A DNA stretch of 64,000 nucleotides from Camelus dromedarius. Its lineage: Eukaryota. Shown piece after piece: positions 25,709 to 38,889 of this stretch. The stretch's first letter is position 1. Each line of letters opens with the position of its first letter. The stretch is taken from positions 48,858,001-48,922,000 of the forward strand of contig NC_087437.1 in assembly GCF_036321535.1 (NCBI RefSeq), in the 5' to 3' direction. The position numbers and the translations under genes are program-made. Under the pieces are notes generated by a model. That model was not told the DNA's origin. It did no database searches and worked only from the letters and a program-made list of their open reading frames with translations.

Positions 25709-28700
25709 CTAGAATGAGTTTGGAAGTATTTCTTCTTCTGCAATTTTTTGAAATAGTTTTAGAAGGATAGATGTTAACTCTTCTCTAAAAGTTTGGTAGA
25801 ATTTGCCTGTGAAGCCATCTGGTCCTGGACTTTTGTTTGTTGAGAGTTTTGAAGTTATTGATTCAATTTCAGTACTGGTAATTGGTCTGTTCATACTGTC
25901 TATTTTATCCTGGTTCAGCCTTGGCAAATTGTACCTTTCTAAGAAATTGTCCATTTCTTCTATGTTGTCCTTTTTGTTGGCATATAGTTGCTCATAGTAG
26001 CCTCTTATGATCCCTTGTACTTCTATGGTGTTGGTTGTAGCTTCTCCTTTTTCATTTTTGATTTTGTTAATTTGGGCCCTCTCCCTCTTGTTCTTGGTAA
26101 ATCTGACGAAAGGTTTATCAATTTTGTTTATCTTTTCAAAGAAACAGCTTCATTTTCATTGATCTTTTCTATTGATTTTTTTAGTCTCTATTTCATTTAT
26201 TTCTGCTCTAATCTTTATGATTTCTTTTCTTCTGACTTTGGGTTTTGTTTATTCTTCTTTCTCTAGCTGCTTTAGTGTAAGTTTAGGTTGTTTAGTTGAG
26301 ATTTTTCTTGTTTCCTGAGGTAGGCTTGTATTGCCATAAACTTCCCTCTGAGAACTGCTTTTGCTGCTTCCCAGAGGTTTTGGATCATTGTGTTTTCCTT
26401 GTCACTTGTGTCAAAGTATTTTTTGATTTCCTCTTTGCTTTCGTCAGTGACCCATTGGTTGTTTAGTAGTATATTGTTTAGCCTCTACATGTTTGCAGTT
26501 TTTGCAGTTATTTTCTTGTAGTTGATTTCTAACCTTATAGCATTGTGGTAGGAAAAGATGCTTGATACAATTTCAGTTTTCTTAAATTTGCTGAGGCTAG
26601 CTTTGTGGGCCAGCATGTGGTCAATTCTGGAGAATATTCCATGTGCACTCGAGAAGAGTGTGTATTCTGTTGCTTTTGGATGGAATGCTCTATAGATATC
26701 AGTTGAGTCCATATGGTCTAATGTGTTATTTAGGACCTGTATTTCCTTACTGATTTTCTGTCTGGGTGATCCATTGATGTAAGAGGGGTATTAAGCTCCT
26801 CTACTATTGTTGTGTTATTGTCAATTTCTCCTTTTATGTCTATTAACAATTGCCTTATATATTGAGGTACTCCTGTGTTGGATGCATATATATTTACAAT
26901 TGTTGTGTCCTCTACTTAGATTGATCCCTTAAGCATTATGTAGTGTCTTCCTTTGTCTCTTGTAACAGTCTTTACTTTTAAATTTATTTTGTCTGATATA
27001 AGTATTGCTACTTCAGCTTTCTTTTGGTTTGCATGGAATATCTTTTTCCATTCCCTCACTTTCAGCCTGTATCTCTAGCTCTGAAGTGGGTCTCTTGTAG
27101 ACAGCATATATATGGGACTTGTTTTTATATCCATTCAGCCAGTCTATATGTTTTGGTTGGAACATTTAATCTATTTATATTTAAGGTAAGTATTGATACA
27201 TGTGTTCTTATTGCCATTTTGTTAATTGTTTTGGGTTTGCTTTTGCGGGTCTTTTTTTTTTTCTTCTCTTTCTTCTTCTTTATTCTCTTTTCTTGTGATT
27301 TGATGACTAGAGAAGTTACTTTAAGATTTGTTGTAAAGCTGGTTTGGTGGTGCTGAATTCTTTTATCTTTTGTTTATCTGTAAAGCTTTGGATTTCTCCA
27401 TCAAATCTGAATGAGAACCTTGCTGGATAGGATATTCTTGGTTGCATGATTTTCCCTTTTATCACTTTAAATATATCGTGCTACTCCCTTCAGCAGAGTT
27501 TCTGCTGAAAAATCAGCTGATAACCTTATGGGAGTTCCCTTGTATGTTATGTGTTGCCTTTCTCTTGCTGATTTTAATATTCTCTCCTTATCCTTAATTT
27601 TTGTCAATTTGATTACTGTGTGCCTGGGTGTGTTCCTCATTGGAACTCTCTGTGCTTCTTGGATTTGGATGACTGTTTCCTTTTGTGAGTTAGGAAAGTT
27701 TTTGGTTATTATCTCTTCAAAAATTTTCTTAGGTCCTTTCCCTCTCTTTTCTCTCTCTCTTCTCTTTCTGGATCCCTATAATGTGAATATCAATGCATTT
27801 CATCTTGTCCCAGAGTTAATTTGTGCTTTACTTTTAAAGTTTTTTTTCTTGACCTGTCTTTCAGTTTACAGAGTCTCTTTTTTTAGCTGAATTTTATGTG
27901 CTATTAAACACATCGATTGAGTTCTTAATTTTGGTTCTTTTTCAAATCTAGAATTTCTATTTGGCTGTTTATACATTTTCTAGTCACTGTATATAGTTTC
28001 TAGCTCACTGACAAAATTTTCAGTCTTTTCAGTGAAAAACGTGGATATGAACTATTTTTATGTTAATATCTGAGCAGTTAAATATTTGGAGCTTTAATGG
28101 CTCTGTTTCTATTGTTTGTTGTTTACACTTATTCTTGTTCATATTGTCTTGCCTTCTGTTACATCTTCTTCTACTTGATTTTCTATGGACATTTTATTTA
28201 AAAAACTATTTGTAGAAGTTGTTTGAGAACTTGAAGGATGTTACCTTCTTCCAGAGTAGATTTTTTTCTCTTCTTTCAAGTGTCTGCAAGCACTGAACTT
28301 TGGAATCACATGAATCCAGCTTCAGAGACTGATATTTTCTGGACCACTCAAATTAGTTGAAGCTGAGAGATTTCATTCTGGTTCTCGTAACTCACAGGGT
28401 ACAGCTCTTTGGGTGTACTAGTGTAAAGGTGGAGGGTTTACCACAGCCCTTATCATTGGGAGGTCTGGACTCTATTTTGTCATTTTTGCTGCATTAGCCT
28501 ATAAAAAATGTTCTTTTTAGTATCTCAGTTGCCTCGCCCCAAATTGGCAAATGCTGTCAGGGCAAAAGAAGCTAATGTTTGGCTAACCTCTTAGATTTCT
28601 GACTTCTCCAATATCTCAGACAACTTATTCTTTCATCTTGTTAGTTCTCTAACCCATTCAGGTCAATGTTTTATATATTATCCGTCCTTTCCTGTTTTCC

Positions 28701-28784
28701 TTTGTTGGTAGGATGATCTGAATTACTTAATCATGACTGAAATTCAAAGTCTCCCTGTTCTCTATAGCAATATAAAAAAAGATT

Positions 28785-30345
28785 TGAGAAAAATGAACAA
28801 AGCCGGAGGAATCACATGCCCTGATGTCAAACTATACTACAAAGCCATATTAATACAAACAGCATGGTACTGGCAGAAAAACAGATACATAAATCAATGA
28901 AACAGAATTGAGAGCCCAGAAATAAAGCCACACATATATGGACAATTAATATATGACAAAAGAGCAAAGAACATACAATGGAGAAAGGACAGTCTCTTCA
29001 ATAAGCAGTATTGGGAACACTGGACAGCCACATGCAAAACAAGAAAGAAAGAAAGAAACTAGAACACTGTCTTGCATCATACAGAAATATCAACTCAAAT
29101 GGATTAAAGATGTGAATGTAAGACCTCAAACCATATAACTCCTAGAAGAAAACATAGGCAATATACTATATGACATTGGCCTTAGCAACATATACCTAAA
29201 TATGTCTCTTCAGGCAAGGGAAACAAGAGCAAAAATAAACAAATGGGACTGCACCAAACTAAAAAGCTTCTGCACAGGAAAGGAAACCATCAACAAAACA
29301 AAAAGGCAACCTACCATATGGAAGAAGATATTTGCGAACCATATATCCGATAAGACGTTAATATCCAAAATATATAAAGAACTCATACAACTGAACAAAA
29401 AACAAACAATGTGACTTAAAAAATGGGCAGAGTTACTGAACAGACAGTTTTCTAAAGAAGACATACAGATGGCCAACAAGCACATGAAAAGATGTTCAGC
29501 ATCACTAATTGTTAGGAAAATGCAAATCAAAACAATTAAATATCACCTGATACCTCCTTGGATAGTTATTGTCAAAAAGACAAGCTATAACAACTGTTGG
29601 TAAGGATGAGGAGAAAAGAGAACCTTTATACACTGTTGGTGAGAATATAAATTGGTACAGCCACTATGGAAAACAATACGGAGATTCCTCAAAAAGTTAA
29701 GACTAGAAATACGATATGATCCAGCCATCCCACTTCTGGGTATTTATCTAAAGAATACAAAACACTAACTTGAAAATATATATGCATCCCTATGTTTATA
29801 GCAGTATTATTTACAATAGCCAAGGTATAGACACAGTCTAAGTGTCCATCAACAGATGAATGATGAATGGATAAAGAAGATGTGGTATATACATACACGT
29901 GTATATATATATCCACATACACAAAGTGGAATATTACTCAGCCATAAAGAGATAAAATCTTGCCATTTGCAACAACATGAATGGATTTTGAAGGTATTAT
30001 GCTAAGTGAAATAAATCAGACCAAGAAAGACAAATACCATGATTTTGCTTATATGTAGAATATAAAAACAAACAAACAAAAAAATAAATGAATAAACTGA
30101 ACAAAAACAAACATGTAGATGCTGAAAAGAGAGCAGTGGTTTCCTGAGGGAATGGGGTGGGATGGGGAAGGTGAAATGGCTAAAGGGAATCAACTATATG
30201 GTGATGAATGGAAACTAAATTTTTGGTGGTGAACATACTGTAGGGTGTACAGAAGTAGAAATATGTTGTACATATGAAACTTATATAATGTTATAAACTA
30301 GTATTTCTTTGATAAGGACAAATATAAAACAAAAAACAAAAATAG
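28785..30345 (+). mobile_element. 5'-truncated L1 (ORF2 C-terminus, 3' UTR, A-rich tail)
   Basis: ORF 29202..29414 ([28 protein letters not shown]); G-rich 3' UTR tract at ~30150. Confidence 0.9.
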
Positions 30346-31573
30346 CAAGATCTGATTACAAACAAAATCTTTTAACAAAGAACATGCAGAAATTACATGT
30401 TCTTTTCCTTTGTTACAAAAAATCACTCATCTTCTGGGAATAGACATAGAAAACCTTGCCTACCTTAACTAAAAGCACAAATAATTATCATCCCACTTAC
30501 GTCCAGTGAGGAGGAATATTAGTTGCATGGTAGTGAGAGATCTCTGGCCTCATGGATATAATTTTCCTTGGGAACTCTTATAATATATATTATAAATGGA
30601 CTGGACAAGCTTATGTGGCATTTTGAATGTAATTGATAGGGAGGGAGAAGAGTGAGAGAAGAGAAAAGGGGGGTGGCGGGGGAGAAACAGATTCAGAGAG
30701 AGACAGAGGAGAAAACAAGAACAAACTAGTTTGGTTGTGATCTTACTGACTGCAAGCCTAAACAGATTTATACGCAGACCTTTTGGGATGAACTGTCGCA
30801 GGGATTAACTGCATAGAGTTGTGGCTAGATGTGAAGAGAGCTTGGTATTCTGCATTTGTGTCTGAGCCCTTAAGGGAGAGGAACTTCAGGCAGAAGCTAA
30901 AGGAGTTACTTGAATGATGGCCTTGTTGAAATGAGGGTACTGGCAAAGCTGTTTTAATTCCCAGTGACAAGTGAGACACAGAAAGTGTTCACGAGGTTTT
31001 GATGCTGGGAACTCTGTGGGAATGAAGTGCCATTTCAGTAATTTGGTGCTGTGACAATGAGATACCTAGTGAGAGCTCAGTAGGCAACTGCAATTGTGGT
31101 ATGGTTAGAATTTAGAATGGAAAATTCAAATTTGGCAATCATTAGCCTACAGGTGAGATGGACCCCCTGAGAAACAAAGATATTGTTAAAAATAGTGATT
31201 CTGTATAAGCTATAAAAATTCTATTATTTTAAAAACAGAATTTAACTCTTTTAATTAGTTAATCTAGAGAATTGTAAGAATAGTGTTCCTAATTTTGGAA
31301 CATCTCTGGGTAATATTTACTTAATCATGACATACTATATTTTAAATCAACTTTTGAATTCAAATTTGATAATATATTGTTTTGTATCGGGAAGTTTTTA
31401 AATCTTCTTATGCATTTTGTAAAATTTAAATAACGTGGTAATTAACTCTTACTTGAAGAGTTAATAGAATTAACAAATAAATCTGTCTGGGCTTGGCTTT
31501 TCCCCCCTTTTTCCTTTTGTTTTTAAAATTCCCTTCCTTCCTTCCTTCTTTCTTTTTGTGAAAAGCGGAGATG

Positions 31574-31611
31574 CGTGTCTCACCTGGGGTACCAAAAAAT
31601 AAAAAAGAAAA
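31574..31611 (+). pseudogene. Retroposed CCA-ended 3' fragment of tRNA-Arg(CCT) with A-tail
   Basis: cgtgtctcacctggggtacca versus recalled tRNA-Arg-CCT end cgagtcccacctggggta+cca (19/21 match); A-tail 31595-31611; TSD gaaaag(c/t)ggagatg at 31560-31573 and 31612-31625. Confidence 0.7.
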
Positions 31612-32856
31612 GAAAAGTGGAGATGTAGACCCTTGATTGCCACTTCAATTTATTCTATTCAATTTGTTTACTTCTTTTTGAGTAACTTTTGTTAATTTTC
31701 CTTTTAAAAGAAATAAAGCATAAAATTTGGATGTTTTTAATATCTTAGTTTAGAGTTGACTATAACAGCAGTCTTTAGGCTGCATGTATCTCTAAGGATA
31801 TATGACAACTTTCCTAAGGGTTTGTAGGCTATGATTGTTTTATGAGAATGCAAGAATAGCATAGCTTTTATCCACTCCAAATCTTATCAGCATATGCTGC
31901 TCCAAAGTGTCAAAATCCCAGTATATTCAAAAGACGTTTGAAATATTTGGCTCAGCAAAACATACTTTAATGAAAGCTTACTTTAAAATTTTTCTTTGGC
32001 TCTCTGAATTCTCTCTTTCCTACAGGGACGATTTCTGTCTGTACTTTCCATGATTTTTCTCTTTCAAGCTGTAGCTTTTTCTCAAATATCTGATAATTTT
32101 TGCCTGCCTATTCATGGTTGAAAACAAAGAAAAATGAAGGCTGACTGGAAGCTCAGTGTGAGGGGACCAAATATTGTGTTGGAGTTCTCCAAATACCAGG
32201 ATTGAGAAGATATCACTATGGGATGCTATCATCCACACTAGTAGCCCTGGTTTTCCCCAAATGGTCATTTAGTTTCTTGAGAATGATTTTGGTTATGGAA
32301 TGGTGGCACTGGTCATGAGGTTTAGACTTTCAATGAATCCTATGAATCTCCTTGAGTTTAGTCCCACTCTCACTTCCTCACTCAATTGTATCTGCTGTTT
32401 CGATGTCCACGTCTCTTCAGAATTCTTTTTGTTTATTTTGAAGTAGTTTTTTGGGTAACTTTGGTAGCTAAAGCTGTTCAATTTATTTTTAATTTATACA
32501 CAATCGCAGTAGTTTCATTTATCTTACTGTAAATTCATAGATTATAAAATCAATGACTTAGAAATGAGGAGTGACACCTCTGCAGGCAAATGTATTGATA
32601 AGACTGATGAGTGACAACTGATAAACTTGTTATAAAGAAATAAAACAAAAAAACCTATTAAATTCAAGAACAAGAACTCAAAGCAAACTGTCCAAGCCTA
32701 ACATGTAGAAGAAATAAAGTTGTACATTGCACAGAAGACTCCGAGAGTTTCACCATTGTACACCATTGGGTTTCCTGTAAATGGCTGATCAGCACCTGGG
32801 GAGAAAACATGCAGGTTCCCTGGTCCCACCTCACACTTCCTGAATCAGCAGACTGT

Positions 32857-35800
32857 TTTGACTTAGAAGAAATGCTAAAAGGAGTTCTTCAAGTTGAAAT
32901 GAAAAGACACTAATTAACATGACAATATATGAAAGTATAAAACACATTGATGAGGGGGGAGGTTAATAGCTCAGGGGTAGAGAGCATACTTAGCATGGCC
33001 AAAGTCCTGGATTCAATTCCCAGTACCTCCATTAAAAAAATAATAAAACACATTGATAAAGGTAAGTAGACTGTCAAATTCACAATATTTTAATATCATA
33101 ATCATAGTGTATAAATCACTTTAGTATAAAGGTCAAAAGACAAAAGTATGAAAAATAACTATAGCTACAATAATTTTAATGGGTACATAACTTTAAAAGA
33201 TGTAAAGTATGAAATCAAAAACATAAAATGGGGGGAGCTAAAAGGGTATAGTTTTTGATGTGACTGAAATTAGGTTCTTATCAGCTTAAAATAGACTGTT
33301 ATAAGATTTTTTTTTGTTAAGTCTCATGGTAACCACAAAGCAAAAAAATAGAGTAGATACACAAAACAGAAAGAGAAAGGAATCAAAGAATATCATTATG
33401 AAAAATCATCAAATCACAGAGGAAGACATCAACAGAGGAAGAAAGGAATGAAGGAACTACAAAACAGCCAGAAAAAATGAAAAAGATGCTTATAGTAAGT
33501 CCATACCTATCAATAATTATTTTAAATGTGAACAGATTAAATTCTTCATTGAAAAGACATAGGGTGGCTGAATGGACAAAAATCAAGATATGTGTATATG
33601 TTGCCCACAAGAGCCTCACTTCAGTTTTAAGTATATATACATAGGTAGAAAGTGAGGGAATAGAAGAAGATAGTCCCTACAAATGTAACCCCAAAGAGAA
33701 TAAGGGTAGCCATAAGCATATCAGACAAAACAGACATTAAGTAAAAATCTGTAACAAGAGACAAAGAAGGTCATTATATAATGATAAAGGCTTCAATTCA
33801 TCAATAGGATTTAACAGTTTAAATATATATATACAGCCAACATCAGAGCACCTAAATATATTATGTAAGTATTACCAGATCTGAAGGCAGAAATAGGCAG
33901 CAATGCAATAATGGTAGGGGACTTCAGTAACATACTTTCAATAATGGATACATCATCCAGATAGAAAATCAGTAAGGAAACATTGGACTTGAATTACAGT
34001 GTATTTTAGATAAAATAGACTTAACAGACCTCTACAGAGCATTCCATCCAACAATAGAAAAATGTGCAAATACACATTTTTCTCAAATGCGCACAGAACA
34101 TTCTCCAGGATAGATCACATTTTGGATCACAAGTCTCAACAAATTTAAGAAGATTGGAATCATATCAAGTATCTTTTCCAACTATAAAGATATGAAACTA
34201 GAAATCAATAACAAGAGGAAATTGTAAAATTCACAAATATGTGAAGATTAAGGAACACACTCCTCAACAGTTAATGAATCAAAGAAGAAGTCAAAAAGAA
34301 AATTTAAAATATCTTGAAATAAATGAAAATGGAAATATATTATACCAAAAGTTATAGGATGCAGCAAAAGCAGTTCCAAGAGGGAAGTTTTTAGTGGTAA
34401 ACACATTAAGAAAAGTGAAAGATCTCAAGTAAACAACCTTGTTTTGCACCTCAAGGAGCTAGAAAAAGAAGAATGAACTGAGCTCAAAGTTAATAGAAGG
34501 AAGAAAATAAGATCAGAACAGAAATAAATGAAATAGAGACTAGAATAACAGTAGAAATAGAGACTAGAATAACAGTAGAAAAGATCAACAAAATTAAGAA
34601 CTATTTTTTAAAAATCTAAACAAAATTGACAAACTTTAGCTAGGCTAACAATTAAAAAAACCAGAGAAGACTCAAATAAAATCAGAAATGAAAGAGGAGA
34701 TATTGCAAGTGACATTACAGAAATTCAAAAGATCATAAGAGACTGCTTTGTACAAATATATGCCCACAACTTTGATAACCTAGAAGAAATGGATACCTAG
34801 AAACATACAATGTACCAAGTCTGAATCATGAAGAAATAAAATATCTGAATAGACCAATAACTAGGAAGGAGATTGAATCAGTAATAAAAAAAATCTCCCT
34901 ACAAAGAAATGCCCAGGACCAGATGGCTTCACTGGTGAATTCTACTAAGCATTTATAGAAGAATTAATGACAATCCTTATCAAACTCTTACAAAAAATTG
35001 AAGAGGAGGGAATACTCCCAAACTCATTATGAGATCAGTGTACAAGGAAAGACAGACAAAGACCCTTTAAGAAAAGAAAATTTAACCAAGGAGGCGAAAG
35101 ATCTGTACACTAAAAACTATTAGACATTAATAAAAGAAATTGAAGAAGACACAAATAAATGAAAAGTTATCTTGTGTTCATAGATCAGGAGAATTAATAT
35201 TATCAAAATGTCCATACTACCCAAAGCAATCTAAAGATTCAGTGCAATCCCTATCAAAATTCCAATGTTATTTTTTCACAGAAGTAGAAAAAACAATCTT
35301 AAAATTCATACGGAACCACAGAAGACCCCAGATAGCCAAGACAATCTTGAGAAACAAGAACAAGCTGATTTAAGTTCTGTTACAAAGTATGGGATTGGTA
35401 TAAAAATACATATATCACTGGAACAAAATAGTCCAGAAATAAACCTACACATATACAGTCAACTAATATTTGACAAGGGTGCCGAGAACACACAATGAGA
35501 AATAGGAGAGTCTCTTCAATGAATGATGTTGGAAAATTGGAATGAAATTTGACCCCTGTCATACACTATTCACAAAAATTGACTTGAAATGGATAAAAAT
35601 TTCAATATAAGACCTGAAACCATAAAATGCCTAGAAGAAAACATAAGGAAAAACTTATTGACATTGGTCTTAGCAATGATTTTTTTTGGATATGACACCA
35701 AAAGCATAGGCATCGAAAGCACAAATCATCAAAGGGGACTACCTGAAACTAAAAAGCTTCTGCACAGGAAAGGAAACAATCAACAATGGAAAGATAACCT

Positions 35801-36318
35801 GTGGGAGAAAATATTGCAATCTGTATATCTAATAAGGGGTTACTATCTAGAATATATGAAGAACTTATACAACTCAATAGGAAAAACAAACAAAACCCCC
35901 ACAAGAAACAAATCCAATTTAAAATGTGCAAAAGACCCGAAAAGACATTTTTCCAAAGAAGGAATACAAATAGCCAACAGGTATATGAAAAAGTATTCAA
36001 CTTCACTAATCATCAGAGAAACACAAATCAAAATCACAGTGAGAAATCACTTCACACCTGTTAGGATGTCTATTATCAAAAAGAAAAGTGATAACAAATG
36101 TTGGTGAGGATGTGGAGAAAAGGGAACCCCTGTACAATGTTACTAGGGCTGCAAATTGGTTCAAGCATTATAGAAAACAGTATGAAAGTTCCTCAAAAAA
36201 TTAAAAATTGAACTATCATATCCCACTTCTGGGTATACACCCACGGAAATGAAATCAAGATCTTGAATAGTTATCAAACTTCCTAGTTTATTGCAGCATT
36301 ACTTACAATAGCCAAGAG
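32857..36318 (+). mobile_element. Degraded L1 (ORF1 end, spacer, ORF2 with RT core deleted, 3' end missing)
   Basis: ORF2 motifs throughout (endonuclease from ~33490, ccaggaccagatggcttcactgg at ~34913, ORF 35589..36107 ending SDNKCW). Confidence 0.88.
32952..33042 (+). mobile_element. tRNA-Ala-derived SINE (vic-1-like)
   Basis: A and B boxes plus A-tail; perfect 15-bp TSD ataaaacacattgat at 32937-32951 and 33043-33057. Confidence 0.9.
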
Positions 36319-36319
36319 A

Positions 36320-37410
36320 TTTTCCATATACCCCTTTCCCCACTCATACATATCCTTCCTTATTATCGATATCCCCCACCAGAAAAGTACATTTGTTAAC
36401 AAATGCTGAACCTACAAATGACATGTCATAATCACCCAAAATCCATAGTTTATATAACAGCTAACTCTTGGTGTTACACATTCCATGGGTTTGAACAAAT
36501 GTTTATTGACATGTGTCCATCATTATGGTATCACACAGAGTATTTCACTGCTCTAAAAAGTCCTTTGTACTCCATGTATTCATCCCACCCTGTCAACCCC
36601 TGGCAACCACTGACCTTTTTACTGTCTCCATAAAGTCAAATAGTTGGACTTTGTGCCTTTTCAGATTGAATTCTTTCACTAAGTAATGTGCATTAAGGTT
36701 CCTCCATGTCTTATGTCTTGCTAACCTATTTCTTTTTAGGGCTGAATAATATTCCATTGTTTGGATGTATTCACTTACTGTGGGACATCTTTGTTGCTTC
36801 CAAGTTTTGGCAATTATATAAAAGCTGCTATAAACACCTATGTGCAGGTTTTTGTGTAGAGAGAGTTTTTTATTTATTTGAGTAAATACCAAGGAGAGTG
36901 ATGGTTGGATCATATGATAAAAGTATGTTTACTTTTGTAAGAAACTGCCAAACTGGCTTCCAAAGTGGCTCTTACATTTTCATCAGCAGTTAATGAGTTC
37001 TTGTTGCTCCACATCCAAGCCAGCATTTGGTCCTGTTAGTATTCTGGATTTTGGCCATTCATAGTTGTGTAATAGTATCTCATTGTTGTTTTAATATGCA
37101 TTTCCCTGGTGACTTATGATGTAAGCATCTTTTCAGTTGCTTATTTGATATCTGTATATCTTCTTTGGTAAAGTGTTCAGATATTTGGTCTTTTTAAAAT
37201 TGGTTTATTTGTTTTTTTACTGTTGAGTTTTGAGAGTTCTTTGTACATGTTGGATAAAAGTCTTATATCAGAAATGTGTTTTGCTAATATTTTCTGAGTT
37301 TGGGACTTGTATTTTCACTGTCTTAACCATCGGTTTCACAGAGCAGAAGTTTTAAACTTTAGTAACAGCATTTTTTCTTTCATGAATTGTGCTTTTGTAT
37401 CTAAAAATTC
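36320..37410 (-). mobile_element. L1MC-like 3' region
   Basis: ORF 36593..36913 (YIIAKTWKQQRCPT...MEYYSALKRN) and an L1MC-type 3' UTR. Confidence 0.75.
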
Positions 37411-38889
37411 CCCAAAATTTGCTTTTCAAAAATCAGTAGAACTTTACTCACTTCCATTCTTTTGCCATGAACAGAAAACTGGAGAAAGCAAAAATGTGTG
37501 TTTACAAAGGTAATTGGCCTCTTTACCCAGAAAAGATCAAAACCTCTAAACGACAACGAGGAAAATAAAAGCACCCTCCTCTACATCTCCTGAGCTGACC
37601 CTTGTCATCTTAGAAAAAGCCTTCAGTCTGCTGGCCAGGGACTGTGTTTATGGCCAATTCAAGTTAAGGGCAAGAAATGAGACCAATTTGTTCCTGTGAT
37701 ATCCTTAAGCATAGTTTTGTAAGTGCTTTAAAGTCATCGTCTACTAATTCCAACATCTGGGTCGTCCGGAGGTCATACTTCATTTACTGTGTTTTTTCTT
37801 GAGAAAACAGATTTCTGTTTCTTTATACATTAAATAACTTTGGATTGTATCTGGGACATTGTGAAAAATATGTTGGCAAGACTCTGGATTCCATTATGTG
37901 TTTTTTTTTTTTAACTTTTTAACTCCCTTCATTCATTTCTCTCACTCCCAATCCCCCACCTCTGGCAACCACCAATCTGTTCTCTGTATCTATGAGCTTG
38001 GTTGATTGATTGATTTCCCATATAAGAGAGATCATATAGTATTTGCCTTTGTCTGACTTATTTCATTTAGCATAATGCCCTTGAAGTCTAACCATGTTGT
38101 CACAACTTGCAAGATTTCATTCTTCTTTGTGACTGAATAATAGTCCATTGTATATACATACCATAACTTCTTTATGCATTCATCCATTGTTAGACACTTA
38201 GGTTGTTTCCATATCTTCACTGTTGTAATTAGTACAGCAGTGAACATGGGAGTGCGTATGTCTTTTTGAATTAATGGTTTTGTTATCTTTAATAACTACC
38301 CAGGAGTGGAATTGTTGGATCATATGGTAATTCTATTTTTAATTTTTTGTGGAACCTCCATTCTGTTTTCCATAGTGGCTGCACCAATTTCATTCTTACC
38401 AACAGTGCACCAGAGTTCCATTTACTCCACATCCTAGCCATTATTTGTAATTTCTTGTCTTTTTGATAATAGCCATTTTGAAGGTGTGAGGTGATATCTC
38501 ATTGTGGATTTGATTTGCATTTCCCTGATGATATGTGATATTGAGAATCTTTTCATGTACCTGTTGGCCAACTGTATGCCTTCTTTGGAAAACTGTCTAC
38601 TCAGATCTTCTACCCATTTTTTTTTTATTTATTTATTTAACATTTTTTATTGATTTATAATCATTTTACAATGTTGTGTCAAATTCCAGTGGAGAGCACA
38701 ATTTTTCAGTTATACATGAGCATATATATATTCATTGTCACATTTTTTTCTCTGTGAGCTACCATAAGATCTTGTGTATATTTCCCTGTGCTATACAGTA
38801 TAATCTTGTTTATCTATTCTACAATTTTGAAATGCCATCTATCCCTTTCCACCCTCCACCCCCTTGAACCACAAGTTTGTATTCTATGT

